From Octopus vulgaris (taxonomy: Eukaryota), in assembly GCA_951406725.2 (NCBI GenBank), contig OX597840.1:1798001-1862000 (forward strand): a DNA stretch of 64,000 bases, read 5' to 3'. The position numbers and the translations under genes were made by a program. The notes under the pieces are model-generated. The model searched no databases, was not told the origin of the DNA, and saw nothing but the letters and a program-made list of their open reading frames with translations. Shown here one piece after another: positions 40,363 to 53,745 of this stretch; position 1 is the stretch's first letter, and each line of letters begins with the position of its first letter.

Positions 40363-41245
40363 TTGTCGTATAATCCTCCAAGCAACCATCATGTCTTACA
40401 CCAGTGGCACTATCCCTCTTAAACATTATACAGATCAATTTCTCGCATAATGTAATTAATACCTCTTGAATACAAAAACTCTATAAGTATTGTTATACAT
40501 AGTGATGGTTGTTCCCGTTGCTACTTAAACACACGTTCTATTCATATGATCTTCAGTGTAGTTTTTATTCGTATTATTTTCGATATAAACGTATAAGAAT
40601 GTTCTTTCGTCACACATTCTTTGACCTCATCAGTGACCCTCTGTCCTAAGTGTCTTCTCTTCTGCTTATTCCATTTTTATTCTTATATGCGTTTACGTCT
40701 GTATGTATTTCTGTGTTCGTGTGTGCGTATATGTGCGTGTATGAGTATGCGTGTGTGTGTGTGTGTAATATCTGTGTGCCATGTGTGTGTATACGGGATT
40801 GTGTTTTACAGTGTTATACTTGTGTCTCTACACATTTCCATTACAATAAAATATTTTCCATACACAGCGAATAAACTGCACAAGCGTTAGTCAAATTCTT
40901 CGATACCATAGTAATGTGTAAAATTTACGCTTGAATATATCTTTGTTCCACTTAAGGATTTATAGTGTTATAGGATATTTTTCCTTTCTGAATTCTATAA
41001 GTGCTTCTTAGTCTACATCAAGCAATCTCTAATAACTGTCTACAGTTGTAAGCTGATATGATTCTTTCCGAAATTACGACTATGTAGAGTCAATTGTTTC
41101 GACCTTAATGCTTATCTATTAGACCGTAAATGCAGTTCCATTGAGCTTGTTTAATACACTTTTGTACAAGGAAACAACACGTCTAAATCATTAAATCATT
41201 CATAACATCAACAATTATTTCAAAACTGGATATAACCAACATATA

Positions 41246-41647
41246 TACTCTTTACTCTTTTACTTGTTTCAGTCATTTGACTGCAGCCATGCTGGAGCCC
41301 CGCCTTTAGTCGAGCAAATCGACCCCGGGACTTATTCTTTATAAGCCCAGTACTTATTCTATCAGTCTCTTTTGCCGAACCGCTAAGTGACAGGGACATA
41401 AACACACCAGCATCGGTTGGCAAGGGGCAAAAAGACAGACACACAAACACACACATACATATATATATATATATACATATATACGACAGGCTTCTTTCAG
41501 TTTCTGTCTACCAAATCCACTCACAAGGCTTTGGTCGGCCCGAGGCTATAGTAGAAGACACTTGCCCAAGGTGCCGCGCAGTGGGACTGAACCCGGAACC
41601 ATGTGACTGGCTAGTAAGCTACTTACCACACACCCACTCCTGCGCCT
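41246..41647 (-). mobile_element. SINE family A, full length
   Basis: Match to the family A consensus. Confidence 0.92.
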
Positions 41648-42137
41648 ATCCTCGAGTATTATTCGCATTTTTCCCCAAAATTTAAATGACAAATTCCCTA
41701 GTGCGTACTATATACGAGGTTAAAAATGAAAAATATTTTCTAAGCAATGTCCGAGTCTCTATTTGCTGTCCGGCAATGTTTATTCAGACGCATTTTGTGA
41801 TGTCGGGCGCGAAAATACCTTAAGATTGCCTGAAAGCAATGATGTCATAAAAGAATCATCCATAAATTGCAGTGAGCAACATTTGTTAAAATAAAAGTAT
41901 TCAGAACACAGAATAACATGTAAAAACAATTTGCAAACATATTTACATTCCCATTATTGTATTACGCATGCGCGGAAGTGTTTGTTCGACTAGGTGCTGC
42001 TGGCTTAATTACGCACGACTCATGTTAGAGAAGTGGTGCGTATTATACACAATGTTTAGGTTTTTCAGAGTTACAACCCCCTAAAAATCCCCTGCGTATT
42101 ATACTCAAGGGAGGACTATACACGAGGATTTACGGTA
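41648..42137. mobile_element. Tc2/pogo-like MITE, left TIR clipped at the SINE junction
   Basis: Right end GGACTATACACGAGGATTTACGG-TA (CCGTA-type terminus); left end ATCCTCGAGTATTATTCGC; subterminal TGCGTA.TATA repeats. Confidence 0.65.
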
Positions 42138-42414
42138 CACATTGTGCAGCTAAATTAGAAGAGAAAATATATGTTCTGCCAAGTTCATTTGGAGCTTTGA
42201 TTGAACGCTTACAAACAATAAAATTAAATGAAGTATATTATCCCTCCAAGTACTTCAACAGCCATAAAATATGATGTTATTCATTTCTGAATTTTATGAA
42301 ACATTAGTTTAAAACACCCTTCTTAATTTCCACACAAAATTATTATCTCTTTATACAGTATTTATTGACAATCGATAGCACCACTGCAGTAACTAATTTA
42401 TGCAATTATTGTTA

Positions 42415-42652
42415 TACAGTTCTATATTTAAGAGATGAGGAATTATGTACAGAATTTACATTATTTACATTTGACGGATATTTGTCCTCATCTTATTTTT
42501 CGTTAACACAACGTTTCGGCTGATATGCCCTCCAGCCTTCATCAGGTGTCTTGGTGAAATTTCGAACCTGGGTTCTCATTCCTAAGGTATTTTTCGATTT
42601 TCTTCTTCTTCTTCTTCTTCTTCTTCTTCTTCTTCTTCTTCTTCTTCTTCTT

Positions 42653-42746
<94 letters not shown>

Positions 42747-42786
42747 TCACTGCCTGGAATCTAACTTGGAATCTCGGGGTTAGTAG
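42415..42786 (-). mobile_element. Candidate tRNA-headed SINE with a Penelope-type hammerhead tail, 5'-clipped
   Basis: Minus strand: CTACTAACCCCGAGATTCCAAGTTAGATTCCAGGCAGTGACC (tRNA 3' half, B-box-like), then (AAT)n(AAG)n, then about 185 bp containing the hammerhead. Confidence 0.65.
42505..42550 (-). ncRNA. Minimal type I hammerhead ribozyme, intact core
   Basis: GACAC-CTGATGA-A-GGCTG..CAGCC-GAAA-CG-TT-GTGTT: 5-bp stem I, 5-bp stem II, palindromic ACGU stem III. Confidence 0.82.
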
Positions 42787-42794
42787 TGACCTGC

Positions 42795-42864
<70 letters not shown>

Positions 42865-42965
42865 TAATAATAATAATAATAATAATAATGGCGGTGCCCC
42901 AGCATGGCCACAGCTCATTAGCTGAAACTGGAAAAATCAAAATCAAAAAAATCAAAATAATAATG

Positions 42966-43059
<94 letters not shown>

Positions 43060-43247
43060 TAATAACAACAATAACAACAACAACAATAACAACAACAACA
43101 ACAACATCGAAAAATGCCTCAGAAATGAGAACCGAGGTTCGAAATTTCCCCAAGACACCTGATGAAGCCTGCAGAGTATATCAGCTGAAACTTTGTGTTA
43201 ACAACAAACAAGATAAGGACAATTATCCGTCAATTGTAAATAATGCA
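42785..43247 (+). mobile_element. Second, divergent copy of the same element, head-to-head with the first
   Basis: AGTGACCTG-(AAT)n..(AAC)n-ATCGAAAAAT...GACACCTGATGAAGCCTG..CAGCTGAAAC (43154-43199, degenerate); a SINE tail is inserted at about 42890-42958. Confidence 0.75.
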
Positions 43248-43843
43248 ACCAATTTGAATTATTGTTATATTTCAACTTATTTTTGAAATATAACCTCAAT
43301 TTTAACCTCAATTTACATGATTTATTCATCTTGATTTCTTGGTATGAATTTAAACTGCATCTAGTACTGAAGCCCTGGTTTGTGAGTTCCAGAAAGGAAT
43401 GTCCTCTTAGCCACTATAATTCACTTGTCTACTCTAACTCGGAGTATTAGCAACTGTTGGAATTTCTATGATTTGAAAAGCTTGTAATCGGCTGAGAGAC
43501 GGTGCGTCGAAATCATGGGATGCAAAATGGAGGATGTGAACTATTACGGTAGGTAAACTTACTGAATCAATGGCGAACGTCATTCGATGCCGAGTTGATG
43601 AAGAGACAACAAACAGTCAATGGTCACGATTAAAAAGTTCAGTTAACGAACTATTGCTGTCAGTGTAGTCTTGGTTTACGCATATGAGATATTTCACATA
43701 GCGAAAAATTAAAGTATCTAAAACCACAGGCTGGATGAACATGCTACACGGCTCAATCGAGACATCTGTCGGGAAGGGTTCGCATCGGTCAGAAGTCACC
43801 ATACTGAAAAATGATGTTAATTCGAAACATACATATTTCATTA

Positions 43844-44079
43844 TATTTCTTTACTACCCACAAGGGGCTAAACACAGACGGGACAAACAAGGACAGACAA
43901 ACGGATTAAGTCGATTATATCGACCCCAGTGTGTAACTGGTACTTAATTTATCGACCCCGAAAGGATGAAAGGCAAAGTCGACCTCGGCGGAATTTGAAC
44001 TCGGAATGTGACGACAGACGAAATACAGCTACGCATTTCGCCCTGCGTGCTAACGTTTCTGCCAGCTCGCCGCCTTTTA
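43844..44079 (-). mobile_element. SINE family C (Meta/MESC), full length with a 19-bp TSD
   Basis: TSD AAACATACATATTTCATTA at 43825-43843 and 44080-44098. Confidence 0.93.
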
Positions 44080-44696
44080 AAACATACATATTTCATTAGT
44101 TTCAACCCTCTTTCACAAATGCTTTAGATATCATTCATAAACTACAAGATATATTTTGAATATCTTCAATTTCCCTTTAAAATTTACACGAAATATTGCA
44201 AAGATGATGTTTTTTCCTTACTCATTAACCTCTTCGTTTTAAGAATATTTGGTACGCAAAATATTTTTCATAACATAACCAAAATCGTAATTACTTCGAA
44301 CCCAATTTCAATTTATATAATATTCATATAAATTTAGATAATATTTATCACGTTTTAAATTATTTCATATTTAACTTAATTGTTTTTCGTTTTCTCCTAA
44401 ATTTTTAAAAACTCATTTTCTGAAATAGCTTTCTCAATTCCATGAATTCATATTTTTACATTAGAAGCATAATAAATTATAGTAACGTAAATTTAAGGGA
44501 AACTGCGTAAATTAAAGGCTAGATGCCTAAAAGAATGACTAGATACGCACGAAACAAAGGTTAGATACGATCTAACTTCATTCTTATAATTTAGTTCATA
44601 TTTCTAATGCCTTTATAAAATCACTCCATTTTTATCAATAGATTCCCCAATTTTAAATATATCCCAGCTAGCTTAAGCAAAGCGATATTGCGTAAT

Positions 44697-44766
<70 letters not shown>

Positions 44767-44768
<2 letters not shown>

Positions 44769-45232
44769 AAAGTTGGTTTGTGAAAGCACGTGGGTGAATA
44801 TATAAAAAATAGTAAAGAGTGAAAAACGACAGAAGGCTTAAATGTTAAAAAATATATATATTTGCGTCAATATGTCTGAAGAATATTAGAAAATTTTTTA
44901 AACAATTTTTTTTTTTTCCTTTATAATGACATAATTTTTAAAGAAAACTCCGGTTTAAGCTCGGAGAGTTCTAAATAAGGGAATGTAGTCTACCTTCCCT
45001 TATTTAGAACTCTCCGGAGCTTAAACACAAGGATAACTCTATTAAACATAAACATAACGTCACAAGAAATTTGAAAAGCTAAATGCGAAACCGGTCTTTC
45101 TTTAAAAATTATGTCATTATAAAGGAAAAAAAAAAAAAAATTGTTTAAAAATGTTCTAATATTCTTCAGACATATTGACGCAAATAAATATATTTTTTAA
45201 CATTTAAGCGGCTGTCGTTTTTCACTCTTTAC

Positions 45233-45240
<8 letters not shown>
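44767..45240. mobile_element. Palindromic Penelope-like element between (TA)n tracts
   Basis: Outer arms about 44803-44956 and 45088-45240; inner hairpin 44953-45026 centred at 44989; U3:A8 hammerhead at 45064-45102. Confidence 0.8.
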
Positions 45241-45310
<70 letters not shown>

Positions 45311-45311
<1 letters not shown>

Positions 45312-45485
45312 AGAAACTCAACAAAATCTGAGTTTCTCGTTGCCGTTCATCAGACAGATGAACGGCAAGAAAACCAAAACAATTTGTTGAATTTTCTGCT
45401 GCTTAAAATAAAGCATATTACTCTACCACTGGTATTTGAGTACTCTTTTTTCCACCTTGTTTCACATTTATGTGTTTACTCCGGT
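45311..45485 (+). mobile_element. Copy of the 6916 family with a collapsed inversion
   Basis: The 3' 110 bp are identical to 7057-7156; the 5' part has TTGCCGTTCATC..GATGAACGGCAA. Confidence 0.8.
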
Positions 45486-45524
45486 ATATATATATATATA
45501 TATATATATAGCTTTCAATATTGC

Positions 45525-47190
45525 TCACAAGGCCAGCAATTTAGGGTTAGTCGAATACATCGGCCCCAGTAATCAACTGGTACTTATTTATCGACTCACG
45601 AAGGATGAAAGGCAAAGTCGACCTCAGAGAAATTTGAAATTTATATTTAATATAGATTAGAAGCAGCATTCGTTCTGTATTCAAATTCCGCCAAGGTCGA
45701 CTTAGTGTTTCATCTTTTCTGTGTGGATAAAATAAGTACGATTTGAACACCGGGATCAATGTAAACTACTTAACCCCTCTAGCAAATATGCTGGCCTGGT
45801 GTAAATATTTGAAATCAATATTGCAACAACACTTAGGCAGTGAGTTGATAGAATCGTGAGTCTAACGGGCAATTTTCATAGCGGCCTTCTCTTCATTTCG
45901 GCGTCGATAAACTGAGCAACAGTTGGGGAATGGAGTCAGTGCAATCAAAATAACCCCTCCCGCGAACTAGCCGACCTTGTAGAAAAAAACTTGACTACAA
46001 TGTTATAAACCGTACTAAAGCGCGAGCTGGGTAACTGTTAGAGTGCCGGGCAGACTACTAACCGACAATTAGCCAGTCTTTATAATCAGAGTTCAAATAC
46101 CGGCTGGGTCAGCTGTGTCTTTTATCCATACAGCATCAATAAAATAAGTACTAGTTGAAGGCTGTCACAGATATAATCAATTTACGCCCTCCACCAAAAT
46201 TACTGGTCTTGTGCCAAGAAATGTAAACGAATATGAAAAGCAGTACCATTCCCGCACTCTTTAAAAATCACAAAGATTTCAATTCAGTTATGTATTCGTA
46301 ATATGAACGATAACTTCAGAATACTTTATTTATAATATTATGTTATTCTTTTACTTGTTTCAGTCATTTGACTGCGGCCATGTTGGAGCACCGCCTTTAC
46401 TCAAGCAAATCGACCCCAGGACGTATTGTTGTAAGCTTAATTTACAGGTACGTAAACACACCAGCATCGGTTGTCAAGCGATGTTGGGGGGACAAACACC
46501 GACGCACAAACGTAGACACACATACATATGTATATATACATACATACGACGGGCTTCTTTCAGTTTCCGTCTACCAAATCTACTCACAAGGCTATCGTTA
46601 GCCCGAGGTTACAGTAGAAGACTCTTGCCCAAGGTGTCACGTAGTGGGACTGAACCGAGAAGCATGTGGTTGGTAAGCAAGCTTCTTACCACACAACCAC
46701 TCCTTGATTAAAATAATTGTATTCTCAATTTTAATTATATTTTTAAAGGGGCGGCGACCAGGTGGAATCGTTAGCACGCCGGGTTAAAAGCTTAGCGGCA
46801 TTTTGTTGATAATTGTGTACTGAGTTCTAATTTTAACGGGGTCGTGTTTGCAGTTCATTGTTTTCCGGTCGATGTCATCGACTAGCTCCCCGCCACGCAA
46901 TTGCTTGCATCCTGCGAAAACCTAAAACCAATATTCGACCAAAATGCATTTATCAAATTAGGTAAGTCTGTATAGGGAGTATGACCTGGTGGAATTCATA
47001 GCGCGTCAGACAAAATGCTTAGCGGAATTGATTTAGGGATTATCTTCTAAATTCCATTCTACTGGGGTTAAATGTGCCATTCATTGTGTTGAGATCGATA
47101 AATTAAGTACCTCTTGAGCATTGGGGTCGATGTCATCGATTATCCGCTGTCCGTGCAAACCTTCAGGACATGCATCTATATATTAGAAAC
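45525..47190. mobile_element. Cluster of about 6 old family C (Meta) SINE copies
   Basis: Decayed TTTCATC..GTCGATAAA.TAAGTAC motifs near 45590 (-), 45710, 45895, 46120, 46855 and 47080 (+). Confidence 0.65.
46345..46704 (-). mobile_element. SINE family A with an internal deletion
   Basis: Match to family A; lacks the TTTTGCCGAACCGCTAAG block. Confidence 0.85.
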
Positions 47191-47551
47191 GTTTTTAATT
47201 CAGATCACATGATAAAAGTCATGCTCCCGAATACAGAAAACTATAATAGCTCAGGCGACATCCCTGTATTGTATACATATATATATATATATATACACAG
47301 TTGAATATGGTACTTAAGTTAAATACATCAGAATACATATGAATATCCTTGTTGCTTAGTTTGATTATATATATATATATATATATATATAATTTCAACA
47401 ATTGAGTAAATTAATTAATTATTAACAAATTCCAGTGTTCAGTATGAAGGGACCATTAAGAATAAATTATTACATTATATAAAGGGCTTTGAAATAGCAA
47501 AAACTTTTTAAACTATTTCTAATATAAAAAAATCTCTCATATATAGTTTGT

Positions 47552-47622
<71 letters not shown>

Positions 47623-47626
<4 letters not shown>

Positions 47627-47828
47627 TGAGAAAGTTGGTGTGTGAAAGCACGTGGTTGAATGTAAGAAATTTGAAAAGCTGAACGCGAAACCGGTCATTT
47701 CTTCAAAAACTATGTCATTGTATGAAAAAAATTTATAACATTCTTCCGACATAATGACTCAAATATATATTTTTTAACCTTTTAAAACAAGCCTTCTGTA
47801 GTTTTTTTTACTTTTTACTATTTTCTAT
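47623..47828 (+). mobile_element. Penelope-like fragment (44767 family)
   Basis: 47629-47661 matches 44767-44799 and 47664-47828 matches 45064-45240; flanked by (TA)n. Confidence 0.8.
47664..47703 (+). ncRNA. Minimal hammerhead, U3:A8 core variant
   Basis: AAGAAAT-TTGAAAA-GC TGAAC GC-GAAA-CCGG-TC-ATTTCTT: 7-bp stem I, palindromic ACCGGU stem III, GUC site. Confidence 0.8.
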
Positions 47829-48219
47829 ATATATATATATCCCCAATTGATCGTCCCCTACTCCTGTTTCGACACTGAACTGCTGTACTTTCCCAAAAGC
47901 TCTAATTTTTAGCAGAACATTTTAAAGAGAAAAATCAGAGAAAATGTATAGAATTCCTATTTGTTAATTTTTCCGCTCTTAATAAAATTATGAATGAGTG
48001 TGTGTGTTCGTGAGTGAGTAAAAAGATATACTTCTGGACACACACACAAACACACCCACGCATACAAGCACACACACACACACACACACACACAATTACT
48101 CACATATTGATATATGATGAAAAACATCAACAGTCATATTCACATGCCACGCCACAAAAACATATGTATACATGAATGCTTACACATATATGCATACTAT
48201 ATATATATATATATATATA

Positions 48220-48256
<37 letters not shown>

Positions 48257-48258
48257 TG

Positions 48259-48297
<39 letters not shown>

Positions 48298-48547
48298 GTA
48301 AATGTATGTGTATATATTTATACACATATATATACACATATATATGAATATATACGTATATATATATATGTGTGTGTGTGTGTAGTTAAGCGAGAGTGAG
48401 TGAAAAGAGAGCTTTCTGAGAGAGTAAAGAAGTTAGACCCTCATTCACAGAGGCAAAATCTTACGCACACACAAGCGCAAACCCATATCTGTGTATACAT
48501 ATACACCTTGCCTTAACAAAATAGTAAACAATCTGTACAAAATACAT

Positions 48548-48705
<158 letters not shown>

Positions 48706-48714
48706 ATACACACT

Positions 48715-48754
<40 letters not shown>

Positions 48755-49167
48755 TATATTATAGACATATATATAAAATATACGTGTATGTGTATACATG
48801 TGTGTGTGTGCGTACTTAAGAGATCTCCGTCCGTTTCTTATCTTACTCCAAACGATAAACACCACCACATAGAAATAAAAATAAAAGAACAGAAAAGAAA
48901 ATTTATTGAAAACCGAAAGAAACTAAAACGCAAAGAAATACAATAATGTAACAGATAACATTCAGAACCAGCAAGCAATTCCCCACCCCCACCCACACAC
49001 CCACTCGCACACACTCACACACATACACATGAGAACCTACTCGTGCATACACATGCACATATACAACGACACACATACATTTATATATGTATGCATGCAC
49101 ACAAATGCATATGCAAGTATCTGTACGTATGTATGTCCGTTTATACACAAACACAAACACACACACA

Positions 49168-49200
<33 letters not shown>

Positions 49201-49795
49201 GTTTATACATATCTATACTCACGCACATATATTAAGTTATACATATATACATACATAAAGAGATAGATAGATGAATATATGTATGTCTACCTATATTAAT
49301 ATGAAGGAGAACCAGTAAATATATGTGTATATATTATAGATGTTTATTCATATATGTAATAGGTTTTTGTTTGTGAGTATGACCAGTGATAAAAATTAAA
49401 TAGACTAGTTAGAAAAATGCACACGACTGCAAGCTTCAGATATATATATGTATATATATTGTAATTATTTCCCGACTGGTTGGTCTATGTCTCAATTTCA
49501 CTGCGTGGTTTCTGGGGCAAGTGTGTTCTCTTATAAACTGAGGCCGACCAAAAACTTATGAGTATGTAGAGTAAACGGAAAATAAGAGCTTCCAATTGTA
49601 TATATTGTACTGTGTCATTTAAATCTTGAAATGTGTTACTTCAGGAAAATATTCTGTAGGAGTTGAATTCTTTCTCTCTTGCATAATAATCTGAAACACA
49701 GGTATCGAAACAACAAGAATTGATTTCAATTTATTTTCATAAATTATACCATTCGAAGCCATCTGTCGCTAATTCTCTCTCTCCCTCTCTCTCTT

Positions 49796-49863
<68 letters not shown>

Positions 49864-50755
49864 TCGTTCGATCTATCAGTTTATATATTTATCTATCGCC
49901 CTCACTCTCCTTCTGTTTCTCCCCCTCTCTCTCTGTATATATATATATATATATATATAGATATAGATATATATATATGTGTGTCTGTGTGTGTTTGTAT
50001 GTGCCTGTCTGTGTGTGAGAAAGTGAGTGTGTGCGGGAAGGTGTGATTGTGTCAGTTTGTTTCCTACCAAAGGCATGATAACCAGTGTTGGTGAGAGTAT
50101 CCTCTCGACCCTTGGCAATTCAGTAAAAGAGAGTGATAGAATATATACCAGGCAAAAAATTGTGCTGGGACTGATACGTTCGTCTAATATTTTTAAAAGC
50201 GATGCTTCAGCATGGCTGTTCTCTAATGACTGAAGTAAGCAAAAAATTTCTAACACTTTTATTGAGTTCATGAAATTCTTGCAGCACGAAGCTACGTTGA
50301 TTGAAAATACAAACAATGTTAGGGAGTATGAAGGTGATACATTAGCGTTAGAATTGGGGCCCTCATGTGTATTAAGAACCCAAAATGCCTGTACTTGATC
50401 AATTTCCATGGGATGTGAATAAAAGTCCACTACTCCTCAACCTAGAGTGAACAGGAGGCTGTTAGTTACCAAGGTTAACTTCCTAGCTGTTGATGGACTT
50501 CATTGGCCGGTGAAATGAATAGGGCAAAGGCGGCGAGCTGGCAGAAACGTTAGCATACCGGGCGAAATACGGCTACCAAGAGAGAAATCGTGATATATGC
50601 ACCAGCATATTCATACACTAGCACGTACCGCTATAATGTATACATAATGTATATATCTGTATGTATATATATGCATATATATGTGTGTGTATGTTCGTGT
50701 GCGTTCACGTGTATATATATATATGTCTGTATATACATATGTGTGTATATACATA

Positions 50756-50988
50756 AGGCGGCGAGCTAGCAGAATCGTTAGCAAGCCGGGCGAAATGCTT
50801 AGTGGTATTTCGTCTGCCGTTACGTTCTGAGTTCAAATTCCGCCGAGGTCGACGTTGCCTTTCATCCTTTCGGGGTCGATAAATAAAGTACCAGTTTCGC
50901 ACTTGGGTCGATGTAATCGGCTTAATCCCTTTGTCTGTCCTTCTTTGTCCCCTCTATGTTTAGCCCCCTGTGGGCAATACAGAAATTA
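50756..50988 (+). mobile_element. SINE family C (Meta/MESC), full length
   Basis: Reverse-complement match to 43844-44079; a separate head fragment lies at 50527-50572. Confidence 0.92.
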
Positions 50989-51978
50989 ATATGCAGTTTC
51001 TTCATTTTTTGAGCTTATTGTTAAAAGATGAAGAAACTGGGACGTAAGTTTATTTTGAGGTATTGAATGCATAAGACCGGAACTGACTCCGGTTTCCATG
51101 GTTTATGAGTGACTGAGATTAAAAAGCCTGTCACTGGACGGGAAGCAAGTCCTTCGTAGGGATAACTTCCCAGTTATTCCTTGAAATCATGTATATCTGA
51201 ATGGAGTGGAGTAACATGAATTGAAATGTTTTAATCACATTGCACAGTCCTGGAATCGTCACCACAAAATTGAAAAGGAAAAACAAAACACTGTCACCTC
51301 GGCCTGTCATAGAAACCAGGATTCATAATATCGGCCCTTCACCTAGTCTGCAGGCATAGAAATTCCTCCCCTGGATGGGGCGACGGTTCTTGCTGGGTTA
51401 ACTTTCATCTATTGCTAGAACATTTTGAAAACTAAGTGAAGTGGAGTAAAGTATAATGAAGTGCTTTGCTCAAAAGCACAGCACCGGTTGGTCTGGAAAT
51501 GGAATCTGATAAATATTCAACAATAAAACACCAAAAATAATTACCTATTAGTTGTAGGTATTAAAGTTGATCGCATTAAAAGATTAGCAAAGGAAACCCA
51601 AGAGGGATCAAAATTCTATGTAGAGACAGAGGAATGTTAGTGAAATATATATCGAAAGTTGCCGGAAATGGAGACTTAAGTCTTTCAAAACTAAGTAATG
51701 ATGCTTTTATCAGTTACAGCATCATACAACTAAACCTTTCCTACGAAACGGTACCTAAAATCGACGAATGAATTGACTTGCTTCAGGATATGAGTCCTCA
51801 ATTTTTTTCTTAAACCGTTATCAGATTTTCGAATATTATTGAAACAAAGGAGACGTAATTGACAAATAGAGAAATTTGTAAATTTTCTGATGAAGTGTAA
51901 AAGCAAAATCCCATATTTCATATAACATACAAAGACCCAAAATGATATCAAACTCATAGATAAGTGCATATATGCAAT

Positions 51979-52009
<31 letters not shown>

Positions 52010-52013
52010 CATT

Positions 52014-52178
52014 GGAGTGGCTGTGTGGTAAGTAGCTTGTTTGCCAACCACATGGTTCCGGGTTCAGTCCCACTGCGTGGCATCTTGGGCAAGTGTCTTC
52101 TACAATAGACACGGGCCGACCAAATGCTTGTGAGTGGATTTGGTAGACGGAAACTGAAAGAAGCTCGTCGTATATATG

Positions 52179-52230
<52 letters not shown>

Positions 52231-52437
52231 TGTGTGTCTGTGTTTGTCCTCCTAGCATTACTTGACAACAGATGCTGGTGTGTTTATGTCCCCGTCACTT
52301 AGCGGTTCGGTAAAAGAGACCGATAGAATAAGTACTGGGATTACAAAGAATGAGTCCCGGGGTTGAGTTGCTCGATTAAAGGCCGTGCTCCAGCATGGCC
52401 GCAGTCAAATGATTGAAACAAGTAAAAGAGAAAAAGA

Positions 52438-52439
<2 letters not shown>
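52014..52439 (+). mobile_element. SINE family A
   Basis: Match to the family A consensus. Confidence 0.92.
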
Positions 52440-52479
<40 letters not shown>

Positions 52480-53403
52480 GTATATATATAAATGTATGCA
52501 TATATATACATATACTTGTATATATATACACGTATATATATCTAGGTTAGTGAATGCACATGGCACATGTTTGGGTGTTGGGTTTTGAATTTGATCCCCA
52601 GACTGTTCTGTTGTGTTTCCCTTGAGTAACATCGGTGGCGTGGATAAAGGAGTCCAGTAAGCAAGAGCAACTGCATAAAGTCCTTCCATAAAGAACCTTG
52701 CCCTGGGAGGTGGAAGTTTCTAGGTTCAATCCCATGGATATTCCTGACCAAACGGTGCTTCTACTTTTTCATATATATATGTACAAACATCAATATACAT
52801 GCATATGTATATATGCGCTTTTTTGTTAATTTTTCCTCACTCCCTATCCCCATCTCTCCCTTTCTCTTTATATATACATAGAAATGTATATATATATATT
52901 TATATATATATATATGTGTGTATGTGTGTGTGTGTGTGTGCGTGTGTGTTTGTATATACATACGTTGCGATTGAGGAAGTGAGAGAGAGAGAGAGATCAG
53001 TAGATAGAGGCCTGACAATGAGGCTGAAAACGTATCATACGAGAAAATGCGGGTTGGATTCGTACAAAAGAATATCACATTCCTTTGGAAGACCACTAAG
53101 GCAGGAGAGATGTATATCAGCGCGCATAACATCGCCCGATATATATTCATGCAACACGCAAATGTGACCATCTACCACACCAGTGCTTGAACATAGAAGT
53201 TTCAGTGGACGCAAAAGTTATAAGGTAAATCAGACCATAATAGGTCTCACTCATGAAAAAATTATATTAAAATGAGAAAAACCATAAGGCATTTTGTTGT
53301 CACAAGCGATTTTGCCGATCCAACGACGTTTAGGCTGATAACACAATAATGAATATAGATAAGACTCTGCCTATGTGTGTATACATACATACATATCTAT
53401 ATC

Positions 53404-53459
<56 letters not shown>

Positions 53460-53468
<9 letters not shown>

Positions 53469-53672
53469 GTATGTGTATGTGTGTATGTATAAATATATAC
53501 ATACATATATATATATATATATTAGTGTATGTGTATGTGTGTATGTATAAATATATATACACATATATATATATATATATATTTGTGTATGTGCATGTGT
53601 GTATGTATAAATATATATATACATATATATATATATTTGTGTATGTGTATGTGTGTATGTATAAATATATAT

Positions 53673-53704
<32 letters not shown>

Positions 53705-53745
53705 TTGTGTATGTGTATGTGTGTATGTATAAATATATACATATA
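53460..53745. repeat. Higher-order repeat of a compound microsatellite, about 55-70 bp, 5 copies
   Basis: TTTGTGTATGTGTATGTGTGTATGTATAAATATATA unit recurs five times. Confidence 0.75.

Noticed and set aside
43563-43841. 74-aa minus-strand ORF with flanking splice-like sites
   Set aside because: There is no recognisable domain, and the putative exon has stops in all frames before the donor.
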